Positions 60,021-64,000 of a DNA stretch of 64,000 nucleotides are shown one piece after another (the first letter of the stretch is position 1; the number at the start of each line of letters is the position of its first letter). Position numbers and translations under genes: made by a program. The notes below the pieces were generated by a model. That model searched no databases. It was given only the letters and a program-made list of their open reading frames with translations, and was not told the origin of the DNA. Source of the DNA: Squalus acanthias (lineage: Eukaryota); the NCBI GenBank assembly GCA_030390025.1, contig CM059432.1:86554001-86618000 (forward strand), read 5' to 3'.

Positions 60021-63000
60021 CTGTCACCAAGGTAAAAAGAAAAATCAAAATACAAGACAAATATAATTGAAAAAAAATCATTGTTATATTTTTCTCAGCA
60101 ATTTTCTTCCCTCTTCTCCATCCAAGAGTGCAAGAGACACTTGTCATCATTATTCATGTGTGCATCTGCACAATGAGTGCTGGCTGCTGGGGGGCCAACC
60201 AGCTCATTTTGATCCCCTCACCCCATGCATGGCAATTATAAATTTATGGAAGGTAAACATCAAGCCTTCCTGACCTGACAGAGTGGCCACAGAGAGAATT
60301 TCCCTTTGCTCGTCGTTCAAAAAATCCTCTGTTTGCACATCCTTTGACTGTCCTGAGAAATACTTCCTCAGAATATTGGTAGAGTCCAGAAAAGCTTACC
60401 CACCACAGTCCCCTTTTTAGAAACTATCCCCCCACTGGAATTTCTGACTATCAGAAATAGCAGTGAGTAGTTTCTAATACTGGCAGATTGAGGAGCCAGG
60501 ACAAGGAGGATCCTGCTCTATACCTTTCCTGACACAAATCCAGACTGAATCTACCGTCTGGTCCAAAAGAAGACTACGTCCACTGGAAAAAATAATTTAA
60601 TTTTCCATCCTCCAGTTCTTCCTTTTCTATCTCTGTTGCTGCAAAGACACTGTTGAGCTTACAAGATGTGATGACAGCGTTGTCTACTTGTAGTGTTTAA
60701 ATTATGATTTCTAGGACATGTGAAGAGCAAGGATTTTAAAACAGAAAATATCAGTTTAGCTTAATTTTATGTCCCAAATAATTGCTTTAATTGCTGCTTT
60801 AATCACGAGGCACTGATTCATTATAAGTAGGTTAATCTGTAATACGCGGATTTGCAGCAATTACTGAAGTGCTACATTTCCACCAATGAAAATTCATTGC
60901 TATATATGTGCTACGCACAGATTAATAGAATTGAACAGACTATTCCAACATTGATTTTTGTGACTTGTTATTTAGTAAGTCTGTTCATGTTATTGCATTA
61001 CAAAATTTGGACACTTTGATGCTGAAATAGTATTCACAGCAAATTGGTCGCAAGATGACACCTTCATATAATTAGGGCCAAATCTGTTCTCATGACTCAT
61101 TTGTATACTAGATTCATTGACATTTAGAAAAAAGCAACATAAGGATATGGAATCTGAGACTATCATAGCTCTAAGAAGGAATTATAGTAAAGTAACACAA
61201 TAAACTGGGTGTACCTACTGCTATTCTATTTACATTCATGCCTCCATAACCTTACATCTAGGAAAGAAAGTAAACTTGTGAAAAGTAAACTTGAGAGTTT
61301 CTGTTCCAGCAGTAATCTGATAAGGATTACATTACAGCTTTCTTTTCAAAATTTATGTCAAAAAAGAATGTTGATATGATCAAATGCCTGTGATAATGCC
61401 AAATACTGTGAAAGGCTTGAAAGTCATATAGGAAATAGAGGTGCACCTAGAAAAAGCAAAATGAATGTTAAAGGAGCAATACAATTCAACTAAAATGGCT
61501 CTTCCAGCTTGCTAATAAATTAATGTTCAAATGCAGTTTATAAATTATATTATGTCACCTCTGCTCAATCAAATGCAATGGGTTGCAGGTAACATTATGT
61601 AAGTCTCAGATCATAAAGCCCTGCACTGAATCTACATTGTTAAATAGAGAACAAATTGTCCTTTGTATAAACCTGGGAAGTAGCATAACAATAACACTGG
61701 GAAACTGTCACTGAGATGCTGGGAAAAGTTTGGAAAGATGAAAGCATTTGAAAGACTGAAGGGCTTAAAGAATTAAGAGGGAAGAGTAAGAAATCTGGAA
61801 AATCAAGTGGGAGAATGAGGGAGGCTGTGGAGTCTGAGAGTAAGGACTGCAACCATTAAGTAGAGTGAGAAAGACCAAGAACTGAGAGAAAACAAAGGCT
61901 GTGAAAGTAAGAAAAGGCAGTAGGGAAGATAAGAAATTTGTTTCTGCAGAGATCAAAATGATTTGTTAAGAGTTAGCAGTTTATAAAACATTTGAAACGG
62001 TTGTTAGAGTGTGCTTTCTCTGTTGAGAAAAATCCCTTGGCTTTCTCATCCAGTATACTGTAGATCTGCTCAAATAATATCTCATAGACATAGTCACGAG
62101 ACTTCATAAACTGCACTAAGCTTTCTCAAGATTGTGCTCTCAACAGGGGAAAACCTCCTCCAACAAACAGTAATTATATAGTTATAAGTATGGTATGCTA
62201 CAATTAATCTAAACACAATGAGCAGTATTATAATATTGACTTTTATTCCTATTCCTGGTCATTTAACTGAATAAAACACAGGTGATCAATATTTGTAATT
62301 TTAACATTCAGTTCTGCAAAAAGCATCATAATGTTTTGGAAGTCTGACATATGAAAATGCTGTTTGAACATATATAGGACACATTTGGCTAACACTTGTG
62401 CAGATTTATTTAATATACCATTAATCCCGGTTGCATTAAAGCTATCCACGGCACTGAAGTGATGTAAAGCTGAATTAGCCAGAAAACACTAAGCAACTGG
62501 TATTACAGAACAATCAAAGAAACAGTTAAAATAATTAGTGTGACATGGATAAGAACAAACATTGTACGCATTCATTTCCATATTCTTTATAGTACAGAGG
62601 ATTACTTTGTAGGGAAAGAATAACAAAAGCAATCCTTCATCACAAATCCTCTTTGCATTTTTTCCTACTTAAATCTTTCAGTTAGTATGAATAACCTGTT
62701 GAAACTAGCACTTTGCTATGTCACCTGATCAGCAAAATACATATAATTAACCTTGATTGACCACTGAAGGTCAACAGAGTTCACATCACACTACATCAAA
62801 CATGTAATACTTACATTCAAGACATCATGACTGCTTGTGAAGTATTTAACAACTTATAAATGTCTCAGAACACTTTACAAGGGGGAGAAATTGATATTGA
62901 GCAGGAACTGAAGAAATTAAGGGAGAGACTAAAAGCAGTCAAAGGGTTAGGGTTTTAGAAGGCCTTTGAAGAGAAAGAGGCAGCAAAGTGGTTGGTGAAG

Positions 63001-63499
63001 GGAATTCAAGAGGGCAGGGGCAGAGCGCCTGCAAATGGAAGGTGCTGGAATAAACAGTAATGTTATAAGGTTTCAACTGGTAGAACCAAAGGTACTGAAA
63101 ATCTACAATTAATTCCAGATTTCAGAATGACAGAAGATTTGGAACAGGTTAATTGGTTAACCCCTGGATTGATTGGGTGGTGTTGAAACCAATGTAGAAT
63201 ATAAATAGAAAGTTTCTAAGAACAAAATAAAACAGGTGGGAGACAAATATGTGCCTAAAGTCAAAAGAAAGAAGTGCGGTAAGAAAAAGCCAAGGTGGCT
63301 GACTGGTCATGTACAAAAACAAATAAGATATAAACAAAACTGTTTCTACAAACTAAAGTCATAATACTCAACAAAACAAAGAAAGATACAAAGACACAAA
63401 GGAGTTATAGTAAAGTAATACAGCGAAAGGTAACTAAGATCCGCCAGCTAAATGATTAATGGAAAAAAAGATCGTAAACAATTGTGGTAGTAATGGGAA

Positions 63500-64000
63500 A
63501 AGCTTTTTCAGCTTGTGAAGAGTCAGAGAACTATCAAAGACTGTATTGAGCCATTGAAGGATGCTCAAGGACAGGTGACAAAGGACTCGAGTGGTATAGC
63601 AGAAATACTAAATGAGCAGTTTGCATCGGTCTTTACTCTTGAAGATGATGCTCGACTATCAGAATTTTATTATGCTGTTTACAATAAAACTGTTAATATT
63701 AAATTACGTGATATCAAGAAATGGCTGAGCGCACTGGATACAGCAAAGGCTGTGGGCCCCGACAACATCCCGGCTGTCATGCTGAAGACTTCTGCTCCAG
63801 AACTAGCCGTGCCTCTAGCCAAGCTGTTCCAGTACAGCTACAACACTGGCATCTATCCGACAATGTGGAAAACTGCCCAGGTATGTCCTGTCCACAAAAA
63901 GTAGGACAAATCCAATCCGGCCAATTACCGCCCCATCAGTCTACTCTCAATCATCAGCAAAATGATGGAAGGCATCATCGACAGTGCTATCAAGCAGCAC
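63500..64000 (+). mobile_element. Old CR1 fragment followed by the CR1-group LINE also seen at 22996-24335
   Basis: AEILNEQFASVFT, then LDTAKAVGPDNIP..LAKLFQYSYNTGIYPTMWKTAQVCPVHKK..NYRPISLLSIISK. Confidence 0.85.

Overview
Eukaryotic, repeat-rich window, very probably from a shark or other elasmobranch (HE1-type V-SINEs, abundant CR1/L2 LINEs, Penelope-like tails). It holds four in-phase coding exons of staufen 2 (stau2) on the minus strand: 60020-59808, 54709-54572, 19294-19163 and 18997-18940. These cover dsRBD3 (partial), dsRBD4 and the following linker. I found no other stau2 exons, so the rest of the window is probably stau2 intron. The introns contain CR1 LINEs (one near full length), L2 LINEs, a third CR1-group LINE, Penelope-like elements with minimal hammerhead-ribozyme motifs, a decayed full-length PIF/Harbinger transposon with many MITEs, and tRNA-derived SINEs. 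The most notable observations are: (1) a 229-bp palindromic element built from two head-to-head hammerhead motifs, with a 14-bp target-site duplication (TSD), nested in a larger fold-back Penelope; (2) a Stau1-type PP1-docking RKVTF motif in this Stau2; (3) a four-level retroelement nest dated by TSDs. Family names come from recognising motifs by eye, not from database searches, and repeat boundaries without a stated TSD are approximate.
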